Source of the DNA: Limisphaerales bacterium
GTDB taxonomy: Bacteria > Verrucomicrobiota > Verrucomicrobiia > Limisphaerales > UBA8199
Direction: 5' to 3'
Assembly (NCBI GenBank): GCA_044223735.1
Contig: JBGALR010000003.1
Location: 18,128-82,127, forward strand
DNA length: 64,000 bases
Every line of letters starts with the position of its first letter. Position 1 is the stretch's first letter. The notes below the pieces were generated by a model that was not told the DNA's origin, ran no database searches, and saw nothing but the letters and a program-made list of their open reading frames with translations. Both the position numbers and the translations under genes were made by a program. Shown here in pieces: positions 28,048-43,000 of this stretch.

Positions 28048-31000
28048 ATGAAAAATCAACTTATTCGTGGTAAACTAATTGCTGGTGAAACGGGCTGTGT
28101 GGATTCCCGCCCCCAGGGTCTCTCGGTTTCGCCGTTCGCTCTCAGCCTGCTGGTTTTGATGGGCGTGGGCGTTTTTGCCGAGACGCCATCCCTCTTTGCC
28201 CAAAGTCTCTATTGGGATGCCAACAATTCCACTGGTGGCGCCGGATCCACCCCCACCGGAATTTGGGGCACGGATCTTTACTGGAACGCGGCGTCTGACG
28301 GCACAAGCTCCCCTGGCGCTTGGGTCTCAGGAAATATTGCGATATTTTCCGCCGGAAGCGATGCCACCAACGCGTTCACCGTCACCTTGAATGGCTCACA
28401 GACGGCGAGTGGGGTTACGTTTGAGGAAGGCTCCGTTACGCTGTCAGCCGGGACGTTATTGCTGACAGCGCCGGCATCCATTGCGGTGAACTCCTCCCCG
28501 ACGCTTGGAATTATTGCTTCAAAAATATCTGGTTCCGCCGGTCTTACGAAAGCGAATGCCGGCCAGTTGAATCTGCAGGGCGCGAACGACTTCACCGGCG
28601 ATTTGATTGTCAAGGCAGGCAGTGTCGCATTCGATAACGATCAGTCTGCGGGAACTGGCAGTATAGTGCTTACGAATACCGCGACCGTTAACGTGACGTT
28701 CCTTACCACCCAGCCTTCCGTGACGCTCACGAACAACATCATTTTGCAGAATAATTCGCATCTGATGGAATTCGCGCCGGATACGGGCAAAGCCATGACC
28801 CTGTCGGGTGTCATTAGTGGCAGCAAATCCTGGAGCATGGATGGCCTGGGCACGGTGACTGTTGGGGGCACGGCTTCAAACAACTTCAGCGCCAATGTCT
28901 CGGTCCTGCAAGGCACACTCGTGGTTGCCAAGGATGCGGCCCTGGGCACGGCCGGAGCGGGCACGACGGTGACCAACAGCGCCACGCTGGCGTTTGATAC
29001 GGGCTTTTCCTATACGGCTGCGGAGCCGCTAACGATCAGCGGCATTGGAGTGGGAGGCGCGGGTGCCTTGAAAAATATCTCGGGCGCCAATTCCTTCGCC
29101 GGCGCCATCACCCTGGCAAACGACGCCTCCATTGGAGCGGATGCGGGGACCCTGACGTTATCCGGCGCAATCTCCGGCTCGGGCAAGACGATTTCCAAAA
29201 CCGGCGCCGGCACCGTGCGCTTGAGCGGTTCGAACAGCTACGGTTCCACCATCGTGAGTAACGGCGTGCTTCAGATCAACGGCGCGACGACGAGCAGTTC
29301 GGTTACGGTGAACTCCGGCGGAACACTGGGTGGCAGCGGCAGCATTTCCGGAACGGTGGCGTTGTTTGGCACGCTCTCGCCGGGCGCCAGCATTGCCGCC
29401 CTGGCGACGGGCGCCGAGGAATGGAAGAACGGTTCCGTGGTAAAATTTGAAGTGAGCGACGCCGACGGGGCTGCTGGCACCGGTTACGACACCGTCAATA
29501 TCACCGGCGCGTTGACCCTTAATTCCGGTGTCACGCTTTCCATCGTCGAACTGGGATCGATTGCAAACTTCAATGGTCTTGTCCAAAAAGATTGGACGGT
29601 CGCCACCACCACCATGGGAATCGTCGGCAGCCTGGCGGGCATCACGCTGGATGGCTCCCAATTCACCGCGAACTTGCATGGTGGAAAATTTGTCCTGTTG
29701 ACCTCGGGCAATAATCTCGTGTTGCGCTTTGATCCCGCGCCCGTGATCACGTCCTGTACCCCGATAAACCAACCCAATGATCCCGGACAGTGCGCTGCGT
29801 CGGTGTCGTTCGCCGCCAGTGCGACCGATAATCAGCCGGGCACCACATTTACTTATCAGACCAACACCGTCACCATCTCTTCCCCGGCTTTGTTTCCGAA
29901 AGGGACGACCACCGTTGATGTCACGGCCACGGACAGCGTCGGCAATACCGCCGTTTGCAGTTTTGTGGTGACGGTGACCGATGCGGAAGCGCCCGCCATA
30001 TCATTCGTGCCGGCGGCGGGCAGTTCCTCGGCGGATGGCTCGTGTCAGGCGGCCGTGCCGGACGTCACATCGGGAACATTGGCCTCTGATAATTGCACGC
30101 CATCTGGTTTGCTTCTCAAAGTGCAAAACCCTCTGGCGGGAACCATGGTGGGATTGGGGCCGCATACGATTACGGTAACGGTCACCGATGCGTCGGGTAA
30201 TTTTAGCACGCAGCCTTCCACATTTACCGTCAACGACACCACCTCGCCGGTAATTGCCACCTGCCCGCCGGATCGCACGCTTGCCGTGTCGGGATCCTGC
30301 CAGGTTGCTTTGCCCGATCTCACTCCGGAAGTCGTCGCGCACGACAATTGCACCGCCGATAACACCCTCGTCATCACCCAGATTCCCACTGCCGGAACAC
30401 TTCTCACTCTGGGAACCAACCTGGTGACAATCACCGTAAAGGATTCGGCAAATAACCCGGCAACCTGCGTTGTCGCGGTGAATGTCGTGGACACGACGGC
30501 TCCGGTGGTGGTTGCGAACCCGATTACGATCCAGCTTGATGGTACCGGCCATTACACTCTTTCGCCCTCGGATGTCACCGCCATGGCGGCTGGATCATCG
30601 GATAATTGTTCGATCACCAATCGGACGGTTAGTCCGAGTTCGTTCACCTGTTTGGAAGTGGGGACGAATACCGTGTTGCTCGTCGTAACGGACGGCAGCG
30701 GCAACTCCGCGTCCAACACGACAACGGTCGCCGTGCGTGATGTGACCGCTCCGGTGGCGGTGTTCAATACGATTTCAATCCAGTTGGATGCGAGCGGGAA
30801 TTACGCCCTGACGCCCGCCGACATCTCGGCCATCTCGGCCGGTTCCACGGACGGATGCTCGATAACTAATATCTCAGTAAGCCCCGGCGCATTTACGTTT
30901 TGCGATGTGGGACCGAAGTCCGTGACGCTGACCGTGACTGATGCCTCAGGCAACGCGAACGCGGCGGTCGGTTCGCTCACGGTTCTCGCGCCGACGGGTC

Positions 31001-34000
31001 AGCCGGCCACGGTTTATGTGGATGCGTCCTACGGCAACACCTGCAGCGGGCCGGTGACATTTCCCAATTCCGGAAGTCCAGGCGTTTACTTTCTCGGTTA
31101 CAACGCGTTTAAGACGGTGCAAAGCGCGATTAATGCCGTCACTAACGGTGGCACGGTGCAAGCAGCGGCCGGGGTTTACGCGGAAGTTGTATCGGTGGGC
31201 AAGTCCGTAACTCTTCTGGGCGCCAACCAAGGTGTGGCTGGCTGCGGCGTGCGTGGGGCGGAATCCGTAATCAATTCGTTGATGGTTCCTTCCGCGAGCC
31301 CGGCTCTCACCATTGCCGCCGATGACGTCAGTGTGGATGGTTTTCAAATCGTTGGCGCTGTCGGCGTGCAATCAATCGGTGGCAACGTGGGTGTGTTGCT
31401 TCAAAACAATTTGGTGCAGGCCGCGGGAGTGGGTGTCAATTTGCAAAACTTTGCCACCACGATCTCGAAAAATGTCGTCGCCCGCGATAATTGCATTTCA
31501 CTTTCGAGCCAGGTGGCAGGCGGTTTGCCGACCGTCGGCTTCGTACTCGCCGGAGTGACCGGGCCACAGGCGCCGGTGATTTTCAGTAATTCCGTAAGTG
31601 GAGCGTTTTCAGCCTACACGTTATATGCGGTCAACGCGGATGTGCCGACCGTGGTGCGGGGCGGGGCAATCAGCGGGGCGGAGCAGGGCGTGACGGTCGC
31701 CAATGCCAACGCATTTCTCAGCCCCGGTAATTCCAGCCCCACGAAGTTCGGCGTGGATGGAGTCGCCATGTCAGGTTTCACTGGCAGCGTCGGTGGGCCT
31801 CTGGCGCCGTTGAACGTTCACGCGGGCGTTTGGGTGGTCACGACCGGGACGAATTCCGCGGATATCGTCAGTGGCATCATCACGAACGTTACCGTGACCG
31901 GTACTGGCAAAGTGAGTTCGGATAGCGGCGGTTTGGTGTTGGAAGATTTCTCGGTGGCGGGGGGTGGCACGCGTTTGCAGATCGCAGTCAACAATTCGAC
32001 CATTTCAGGGAATCTTAATCGCGGAATCATGGCTCGCGGTTCGAACGCGGTGGTTACGATTACCGGCTGCACACTTGCCTCCAACGGTTCCGATCCCTTC
32101 GGTGCAGGCGGCAACGATGGCTATGGCATCATCGCGCGTCGGAATTCGCAAGTCACTGTCACGGAGTGCTTCATCACCAACCCGTCAACGGTGGTTGCGC
32201 CGTATGCCGTCTACGCCGTTTCCGCGGGTGACGATACCAATCCGCTGGGTCCCGTTATGGTGGTGAATAATTGCTCCCTGGACAACAACGGCAACGTCAG
32301 CGGCAAACTTGCGCAGCAAAGCGCCGGGGTGCTGAATGCCTCGGGCAACTGGTGGGGTGCGAACGCTCCCGCGACGGTCGCCGGGGCAATCGTTGGCGAC
32401 GTGGACTTCACGCCCTGGCTGGATGTCGCGACCGATATCGCGCCAGCCACCAGCGGCTTTCAGGGAGATTTCAGTGTTCTATGGGTTTCGACGGCGGGCG
32501 TGCAAACGGGAAGCGCCGGCCGGGTTCAGGAAGGTCATGATCTGGCTACAGGCGCAACCGCCAAGGTGGTTGTCTCCGCCGGCACTTACACTGAGTTCCT
32601 CAGCATCAGCAAGGATGGCTTCCAATTGGCCGGCCAGCTAAACGCCGGGGTTGACGCTCGCAATTCGCGGAATGCGGAATCGGTCATTAACTCCTCTGAC
32701 CCGGGTGGCGTCATTCAAATCAACGCAAACAACGTCACGGTCGATGGCATGCGGGTCGGTTCAAGCGTGAACGGAATTGTTGTCGGTGCGAGCGCCGGAA
32801 GCGCCAGCCTTCTCAACGACAGTCTTAATGGAGGAGCAGTCGGCGTCCTGGTAAATGGCACGGCCGCCATCAAACGCTGCGTGGCCTCTTCGCCTGCGAA
32901 TGTGGTCGGGATCCTCGTGAGCGGTTCGGGTGCGAAAGCCTTGATCGAAAATAACGACCTGAATGGCGACACGGAAGCGGGGATTAAGGTGGCCGGCGGC
33001 GCAGTCGTGGATGCCGGCGATTGCTCCAGTGGAAATATCACCGGTCTCGGGTCCAGCGTCGGGGGCAACGATCTTTCCGGGTACGGCTTCGACGGCTCTG
33101 CACCATGGGCCATTGAAAATATTTCCAGCACCGGCCCGGTGCTCGCGGATGAAAACGCTTTCGGCGCTTCCTTGGGCCAGAATATTGGGCAGCTGCTGCT
33201 GGAAACTTCCCCGGTCCGGTTTACTCAATCCGGCGGCCTCCTCGCGGTCGCTCCTGGCGGTGTTACCGTGGAATGCCCCGGTGACGTCCCCGCGGGCGTC
33301 ACGAGTTATGCCGGCTTCATTGGTCTGGGCGGCGTGGTTTCGGCAAGCGATGCGACGGTTAGTTACGTGGATTCGCCGCTGCCCGTGGCGAATGGTAGTG
33401 TGACGCGAACCTACACACTGACCGACAATTGTGGTCAATCGACCACCGCCAACCAGATCATTACGGTGCAGGATACCATTGTGCCGCTCATCACCGGCAC
33501 GGTGTCGGCGCAGTCGGCGAATGCCGACGCGACTTGCAACGCCGTTGTTCCTGATGTGCGCGCCTTGGTGCGGGCATTGTCCTCGGACAATTGCACGGCG
33601 CAAGGCGCCCTGACAGTGACGCAATCTCCGCTTGAGGGTAGCACAGTGAGCGGCAAGGGTTCACATCCGATTTTGGTGACGGTGACGGATGCGTCTGGAT
33701 TATTTTCGCAAACCACGGTGGCTTTCACGGTCAATGATGTCACGGCGCCCGTGTTCGCGGGATGCCCGGCCAACATCATCGTCGCCGCCAGCGGGCCGAC
33801 GAATGTTCCTTATGTCCCGCCCACGGCGACGGATGCCTGTGATGGCAGCATGGTAGTGACGTGTGTGCCTCCCTCGAACAGTGTGTTTGCGGTCGGCGCC
33901 ACTCTGGTCACCTGCACGGCCACCGACGTCACGGGCAACAGCGCAACCTGCACTTTCTATGTAACTGTTTGCGTACCCAACGCGTTGGTTACGTACGTCG

Positions 34001-37000
34001 ATGATGATTACACCGGCCTGGCCAACGGAACTCCGGTGGCGTGGCCGCACGGTAGCGGAACAACCAACCATGTCATCGGTTGCGACGCGTGGGCGACGAT
34101 TCAAGGTGGTGCCGACGGCGTGGCGATTTCTGGAACGGTACAGGTGGCGGCGGGTACCTACAACGAGGATGTGACGATCGGCAAAGTGATCACCCTTCAA
34201 GGTGCGGGTGCGGCCACGACCGTGCTGAGCGGACCGATTGGCGGATCGACATCAACTCTGGCCCTGGCTGCAAACGGGGTCGCGGTGGACGGGTTTACCA
34301 TCACGCGCGCGGGCAATAACGTGACCGATTGGAATAATCCGGGCCTTAACCTTGCAGGCATCTCCGTGCAGGGCCCGTCGCAAAGCGGGATTGTTCGCCA
34401 TTGTGTGCTGACCGGAAATCGCACCGGCATTGATATAAACAATGCCGATGGCAGCATCCTCCAGGACAATGTTATCACGAACAATCGGACTGGCCTGATT
34501 TTCCGGAATAAGACCGACAACCTCACCGTAACGGAAAATCAGATCGCCGACAATTGGACCGTGGGCATCGTGTTTCTGGACGGCAGCGGCCTGACCGGAT
34601 CCCCGGTGCAATCGGCTGCCAATTGCATGTTCACCAGCAACAATATCAGCGGTAATTGGTATGGGCAGATTGTGGATCGCCAAACGGGAGGGGCCTTGCC
34701 AGCACCGGGAGCAAACTTGAAGAATTTCAGCGGTAACTGGTTTGGCACTACTACACTGGTAATCACGACAAACAACAGCACGGAGCCGGGTTACGCGGTG
34801 CAAATTCCGGTGGTCTTTGGCGGCAGCGCGGTCGCGCCGGGAGGACAACCCGATCTCGCCGGACCTGCCTCGGCCAACATCGATTACACTCCTTATCTGG
34901 ACGCAGGCACGGATACGTCGCCGGCGATCGGTTTCCAGGGGGACTTCAGCGCGTTGCACGTTACCGCCGCGAGTCCGCAGACCGGCGTGGCCGGCCGGGT
35001 TCAGGAAGGCATCAATTTGGTTTCGGGCAGTACGGTTTTGGTCAGTCCGGGAACTTATGTTGAAAACGATGTCATAAACAAGAAGGTGGCGCTGATCGGT
35101 TCCGGCAGCGGAGCGAATCCGGCAGTGGACTCCATCATTACCTCGGCGGCGCCCGCCACACCGACGATCCGTCTGGCGGTCGGCGGCCTTAGCGCAAGCG
35201 ACCGTATGATTTTGCAGAACTTGCGCGTCACCGGCGCCACTACCACTGGCAATCCCGGTTCTGGCATTCAATTCTCCGCGCCGGGTTCCTATTACACCTT
35301 CGATAATGTTTCCTCGGTGGGCAACGGCGGGAACGGCCTCGCTCAAAATAATACCGGCGCTAACAACGATATCATCGTAACCGGCTGCTCGTTTTCAAAC
35401 AATGGCGAGGCCGGCTTCCGTGTGCCGACCGCTGGCAGCATGGATGGCGTGGTGATCAGCGGAAGTCATATGGACGGGAATGTATATGGTTTGGAAACGT
35501 TCATGGGAAATGGTTCCGGCTCAGTCTTCCAGAACGTCACCATCTCCGGCTCGACCTTCAACAACAACTCATCAAAAGGCATTTACGCCGAAAAGATTCA
35601 CAATGCGAGTTTGTCTTGCGTCACGATCACAAACAGCGGTGGGGGAGGCAGCTTCGGCGCTGGCATCAACATCAATGAGAAATACGGTTCTTATGCCAGT
35701 ATCCAGATCATTGATTCCGACATCAGGAATTGCGGAACGGGTGATGCGATCAACGGTGGCGGCATTGTAATCGAGGCCCGCGGCACCGGCACGGACACCA
35801 ACTACTTGGTAAATCCTGCTACGTTGGTTGGCGTGACTTTATCCAACCTCAATGTTACGGGCTGTCCGGACGGCATTCGATTTGGCGAACCAGGCAAGAG
35901 CAATGCCGGCCCCACGGGAGTGCTGGTTCGCGATTGTAATCTGGCGGGAAATACCGTTAACGGCCTTCGCAATGAATCAGTCGCACTAACACCGGCTACA
36001 AACAACTGGTGGGGCAGCATCACCGGTCCTGGCAGTCCGGCAAATGCAGGCGGTACCGGTGCGGCCGTCAGCAGCGGCGTGACTTTCAGTCCCTGGCTGG
36101 GTGACAGCACGGACACGGTCGCAAGTTGCGGGTTCCAGCCGAATGGCGTGCCGCAATACTACGCGGCGGATCACCTTGAGTTCTTCGTTCAACCCGGAGG
36201 CAGTTCGCTCGGCGGGCTGCTGTCTCCGCAACCGGTCGTGCGCGTTATTGATGGAAATGGCGGAGTGGCGGCCCAGTTCAGCAGTTCTATCAGCATTGCG
36301 TTAGGCAACAATCCAGGTGGCGGCACCCTGTTTGGGACTCTCACCCTGCCGGCGACAGGTGGTGTTGCCAGCTTTTCGGATCTCGGCATCAGCACCGGCG
36401 GCGGCAATGGCTACACCCTCGTGGCCTCTTCGGTTTCGCCGATTCCCTCAGTCACTAGTGGTGGATTCAATGTTATCAATCCGCCACCGGTCATCAGTTC
36501 GTTGAGTCCGTTCTGGACCCGCGCGGGCGGAAGCGCATTCTCGCTCACCGTCAATGGCAGCGATTTCGTCGCGCATTCTGTGGTGAATTGGAACGGCACA
36601 CCTCGTGTGACTCACTATGTCTCTTCATCAGTGGTGACGGCTGATATTTCCACTGGCGACATAGCCAGTGTGGGAACGGCCCAGGTCAAAGTCGTCAATC
36701 CCGGCCCGGGCGGTGGTGAAACCGCGGAACTGACATTCCGCATCGAAGCCGCCGCTCCGACGGTCGTGTATGTCGACGATGGATATGTCGGAAAGGCTGT
36801 TGATTCATTGGTGGATTGGCCGTGTCCGAGTGGAGTCTGTGCCGGCACTCACATCATCGGCTACGATGCATTTGCAACGGTTCAAGGCGGCGTGGATGCG
36901 GTTGCCGCGAGCGGGACCGTCCAGGTGGCGGCTGGCAATTATGCGGAAGACGTGGTGATCGGACAACCGTTGTCATTGCTTGGACCGAACGCCGGGATCA

Positions 37001-40000
37001 ATCCAAACACGGGCGCGCGCGGGCCGGAGGCGGTCATCAATCCTGCGACTTCACAGCCCAATGTATTCGCCGCGAATGCGACCGTCGTTCTTTACGTGGA
37101 CGCCAATAACGTGACCGTAAAGGGCTTTACCGTTGATGGTGACAATTCAGCCCTCACCAGCACCTACACGGTGGGGTCGGCGAATGTTGACGCCGCGTGG
37201 GGTATTGCATCGGATGCCGCCGGGTCCCTGAACATCGCGGACAATATCGTGAAGAACATCGCCTATGCGGGCATGGATTTGGAGAATGACCAGTCCGATC
37301 CGACATCCGGGAATTTTGTTCAGTACAACAAGTTCGATAACATCGGCTACATCCCCGACGGTTTCGGCATCGGCCTGGTATTGCAGTACAATTTCTATGC
37401 AGTCATCTCCAGCAACGTGATGACCAACGTCCGCATCGGCCTGCAAACGGGCAACTACTACCTCGCCAATCCGGGTGCGGACGCGGCGATCGGCGACAAC
37501 GCATTTTCAGCCACGCAAATTGGCATTTTTCACAATCTGCATTACGGCAGCGCGAGTCCGTTCACGATCAGCAACAACGCAATCTCGTTTGCCTACGAAT
37601 CCGGGTCGGTGGAATGGGATGGCATGCTCATCACGTCCATTCAAGGCAACGTGGGTGCGAACGTGGTGAATAATATCATTTCCGGCACCACCACCAACGA
37701 GATGACGCTCGGCTATGTGACCGCCGGCTATAATTTATGGAATGATCCGACCACCCAAACGGTGACAATCAATGGCGGCTCCGTCAGCAACGCCAATTAC
37801 GGTGTCTGGGTGAATAATTGGGACGGTTACTTCTCGCCCGGCGACTCCATGAAAGCAGCGATCTCCGGCGTTACCATTGCGGGTGCCGCCCGCGCGGGCG
37901 TATATGTTCAGGACGACCCGCTCGCGGCCAACGGTTCAACGAACACGGCGACAATTCATGGCAATACCGTCATTACCGGTTCCGCAATCGGTGTGCTCGT
38001 GCAGGGTGCGCATGCGTCCGCAACGGTGATCAACAATGGCGCTTCCATCGTGGCCAACGCGGTTGGCGTCGACGTGGATGGCGGTGCGGCTTTGATTGAA
38101 AATAATAATCTCACCGGCAACACGGAAGCTGCCATTCGGATTGAGAACGACGGCATCGTGGATGCCGGTGATTGCAACGGCGGAAATGTGACCGGCCTCG
38201 GGACCGGCACGGGACTGAATGGTTCCAGTGCCGGCTTGAATAATCTTTCCGGGTATGGCTTTGACGACGCTGCTCCATGGGCGGTGGAGAACCTCAACGG
38301 CAGCACGCAACATGACGTGCTGGCTTACAAAAACAGCTTCGGCGCCGGCGGTCCGGGCAGCGACATACGGCGGGTGCTTTACGATTCCAAGGACAATGTC
38401 GCGAAATCCGCGGTGCATGCCGCTGACAGCGTCATCGCCCTGACTTGTCCGCCGACGCCAGCTTCCGTGCAGTGCCTGGCGGACATTCAAGTCGCGGTAA
38501 CCACTATTGATGATCTTTACACCGTGTTGGGTGGCGCCTCCTCCACCACGGACGGTCTCCTCGGTCACAATGATTCCGCGCCGAGCCCCGGTCCTAACAA
38601 TGGCACCGTAAGTCGCACGTACTCCCTGACGGACGCGTGCGGTCAGAATGTCACCTGCATTCAATCCTTGCCGGTGCTGGACACGATCCTGCCAACGGTG
38701 GTTTGCAAACCGTACACCAATTCGCTGAGCGGCGTGCAAACCACGGTGGTCGTCTCGCCCGTGGATGTTTTCAATGCGAGTGCCAGTTCAGACAATTGCA
38801 GTGGCGTGGTCACTCCGATTTCTGTCACGCCGGATACGTTTTGTTTCGCCGGGACTTATCCAGTGTTGCTCACCGCGACCGATGGCAATGGAAATAATAA
38901 CACCTGCGGCACGACCGTCACCATCATCGACAACCGTCCGACGCCCACGGTGGTCTATGTGGATGATGGCTATACTAATCTCACGACCTGCACCGCCGTT
39001 GCCTTCCCGTACCCAGGTTCGCCTGGCGGACCGTACATTATTGGCTACAACGCGTTTCCGACAATCCAGGCAGCGGTGAATCAAGTTGCCATCGGTGGCA
39101 CCGTGCACGTGGCCTCCGGTCTTTATCGGGAAGATGTCAGCCTCGGCAAGGCAGTGTCGGTCGTCGGCGCCGGAGCCGGTTCGACTGTTGTTGAGGGGCC
39201 CGCCGGGGGACCAGGTTCGACTTTCTTCTTCACAGCCAGCGGCATCGTTCTGGATGGCTTCACGATCACGCGCGCGGGTAATAACGTGACCGATTGGAAC
39301 GATCCAAACCTGAATACGGGCGGCGTTTCAATCTTTGGTTCCGGTCAGGGTACTGTCCGTAATTGCGTGCTGACGGGCAATCGAACCGGCATCGACATCA
39401 ATAATGTCAGCGGAAGTGTGGTGCAAAACAATGTCATCACCAACAACCGCACCGGCCTAATCTTCAGAAATAAGACGGATAACGTGACGATGACTGAAAA
39501 TCTCATCTCCGACAATTGGACGGTCGGCATTGTATTTCTGGATGGTAGCGGTGTTGGCACCCCGGTGCAAAGCGCGACCAACTGCACCTTTAGCGGCAAC
39601 AATATCAGTGGCAACTGGTATGGTCAGGTGGTGGACCGTCAGAGCGGTGGTTCCTTGCCTGCGCCGGGAGCGAATCTGAAAAACTTTAGCGGCAACTGGT
39701 TTGGCACAACCACACCCGTGGTAACAACAGCCAACAGCGCGGAGCCCGGTTACGCGGCTCAGATCCCCGTCGTATTTGGCGGCAGCGCAACGGCGCCGGG
39801 CGGACAACCGGATCTGGCGGGAGCTGCTTCCGCCAATATCGACTACACGCCCTATCTGGCTGCGGGAACCGACACGTCGGCTACGATGGGATTCCAGGGT
39901 GATTTCAGCACGCTGCATGTTACCGCCGCCAGTCCGCAAACCGGCGCCACCGGACGAATCCAGGAAGGTATCAATCTGGTTGCCGACGGAGGACTAACGG

Positions 40001-43000
40001 GTGGAGCCCGGAAGTTGTTGGTGCATCCGGGAAGCTATGGCGAGGTGCTCGATTATCGGGGCATTTGGATCAATAAGCCGCTGTCTCTTGTTGGCACCGC
40101 TGGCGCCGCCACCACCATCATCAACGGCACCGCACAATATATGCTCATGATCGGCGCGAGCGATGTCACGCTGGATGGCGTGACTGTCACCGACCCGACC
40201 TACAGCACGGGCGGATTCGGTGGCGACGGTTCCGGCATCTATGTCGATTGGCAAACACCGCTTTCGAATGTGCATGTAAAAAACTGCGTCGTCCGCGACC
40301 TGGGCGACCGCATCGCGGGCTTCAATTGCGGGTCCGGTCCCAATCTCGAAATCGACCATTGCGCGATCTATAACGTGAATGGCTATCCCACCCAGCTCCA
40401 CGTTAACGACTACAATGACTTCGTTGCGGGAATCTGGGTGTGGGACAATGGTTTGAGCGGCGGCAATCTCCACGACAACATCGTTTCAAACATCTTCCCG
40501 CGGGCTCTCTCCACGGCCATCAACGTTAGCTATAACGTGGCCGGTTTGACCGTGCAGAACAATCAACTCACGCTTGGCGCTGGCTGCACGAGCGGCGTCC
40601 GATTGAGCAGTTCACTCGATGGCGGTCCGATTGCCGTCACCGGCAACACGGTGAGCGGTTCACAAAACGGCCTGCTGATACTGAGCACCGGCACAAACAC
40701 CGTGACCGGAAATTCCATCAGCGGAGCCGCCACGAGCATTTACGTCCAGGACGGTGCCGCGACGCTCAAAGGCAATACAGCCTCCGTCGGCAGCGGCGTT
40801 GGAATTTGGGTAAGCGGCGCGACCGCCAGGGCGTTGATCGAAAACAATTCCATCACGGGGGATTCTGTCGCCGGCATCAAAGTGGACGGCGGCGCGACTG
40901 TGGACGCGGGCGACTGTCATGATCGGGACGTCACCGGCCTCGCGACCGGTGGGAAGCCGAATGGTTCGAGCCTCGGAAATAATGATCTCACTGGATACCT
41001 CTCGGGCAGCGCCAAAGCGATTGTCGACCTTAACACCGGCGGCCAGCCGGATGTGTTGGCTCATAACAATAATTTTGGCCAGGCCCCGGGTGATCTCGTA
41101 ACGACCGCATTGTCGGATTTGGGGGCGGGCAATTCGCGTGCTCTCGCCACCCAGACGGGTGGCCTCGATATCACCTGCGTCGCGCCTATCAGCATTCAAT
41201 GTCCGGGCGGTGCTCCCCTCGGCGTGATAGGAACCAACGTTAACGCCTTTGACGCCTTTTTCGCGCTCGGCGGCAAATCATGGGCCAACGACGGCACGAT
41301 CTCCTATGTTGACGCCCCGGTATCGCCGGGACCGTATGAAGGAGCCATCGCGAGAACGTACACGATTGTGGATGCGTGCGGTAACTCGAGCACGTGCGTG
41401 CAGACCATCACGGTGGACGACACCATCCCGCCGGTCGTGACCGTCTGGCCGACGAACCGGACGCTGAGTGTGAATGGTCAGTGTACCGCGGCCGTCCCCG
41501 ACATGACGGGAGAAGTTGTGGCGACCGACAATTGCAGTCTGGGCTTGATTAGTCAGGTTCCGCCGGCAGGCACACTGGTGAATTTGGGCACCACCAATAT
41601 TCTGATCGTGGTGGCGGATAATGGGGGCAATAACGTTTCTTCGAACGTAACGTTGACGATCATCGACACCAGTCCATCGCCTGCAATCACGTATGTTGAC
41701 CCGGCTTATGCCAGCGTGCCGTCCGGCACAGTGGTCACCTTCCCGTATTCAGGCGGCACGGGGACGCACCATGTCGGTTGCGACGCCTTCCCGTCCATTC
41801 AAGCCGGTTACAATCGGGTGGCGGCTGCCGGAACAGTGTACGTGCATAGCGGGACTTATGCGGAGCAACTCTCGCTTGGCAAGTCCGCCCTGCTGATTGG
41901 TCCGAATGTCGGCAAGTCCGGCACGGATATCACGCGCGTGACGGAGGCGTTGATTATCCCGCCGTCGATCTTGAACCTTGGCGGGGAAGAGGATGAAACT
42001 CCGTTGATCACCATCACGGCGGACGGGGTCAGCCTGGATGGCTTCGCGGTGAGTGGTGACAATCCGTCCATTGACGGGCTCCACTATGCGGGAATGAATG
42101 TGGAAGCAGCCGTGGGTGTCGCGTCCAAGGGCAACAACGTTGTCTTCCAAAACAATGTGATGGAAAAATTGACGCACACGGGATTCTGGTCCCAGGGCGA
42201 TGTGATGGCGCCGCATTTCACCGGCATGCAGGTGCGGAACAATCTGTTCCGGGATATCCATGACTTGAATCAATTGGGCTACGGTTACGCGCTGGACTTG
42301 CAGGGAACCGCCGCCACGGTAAGCGGCAACACCATCACGAATGTGCGCACCGCCATGGAGATTCAGCCTTATCGAGTGGTGGGCTCACCGACGGTGGTCA
42401 GCAACAACAACGTATCTGTGTGGCGCCTGGGCATTTATTACAACTACGCGGAAGCGGGAGCCAGTGCGTGGACGATCATCAGCAATCAAGTCGTGTCTGT
42501 GTTGCCTCCCGCACCGCCGACGGGCCCCGTGGTCTGGGAAGGCATTCGCGCGGAAACGATGGCGGCCAGCGGCAACGGCGGCACGATCTCCAGCAACCTG
42601 GTGGACGGCACGGTGGCCTTGACGGATCCAAACCATGTCTGGGGCGGCTTTTCGCACGCGGTGTGGGGACTCCACTATAAGGGCGGGAGTTCTGATTCGA
42701 CGCAGGTGTATTTCACGGGCAACACGGTTCAGAACGTGCAGTTCGGATTTGTGCATGATGCTCCCGCAAACATCGTGCTGACGGGCAACAGCTTCTCGGT
42801 CACCGAATCCGCCATTCAACTGCAGCAGGAATATAGTTCGGCCGGCAATCCATTGGGCTCGGGCGGTACTGGCAATATCGATGCAACCGGCGGCAACATC
42901 TATAATAGCGTCGATTCGACCACGGCAACGCTGGCGCAATTATTCGCCATCGAAGATTTGGTCAAACATAAGGTGGACAATTCCGCGCTGGGCCTCGTGC

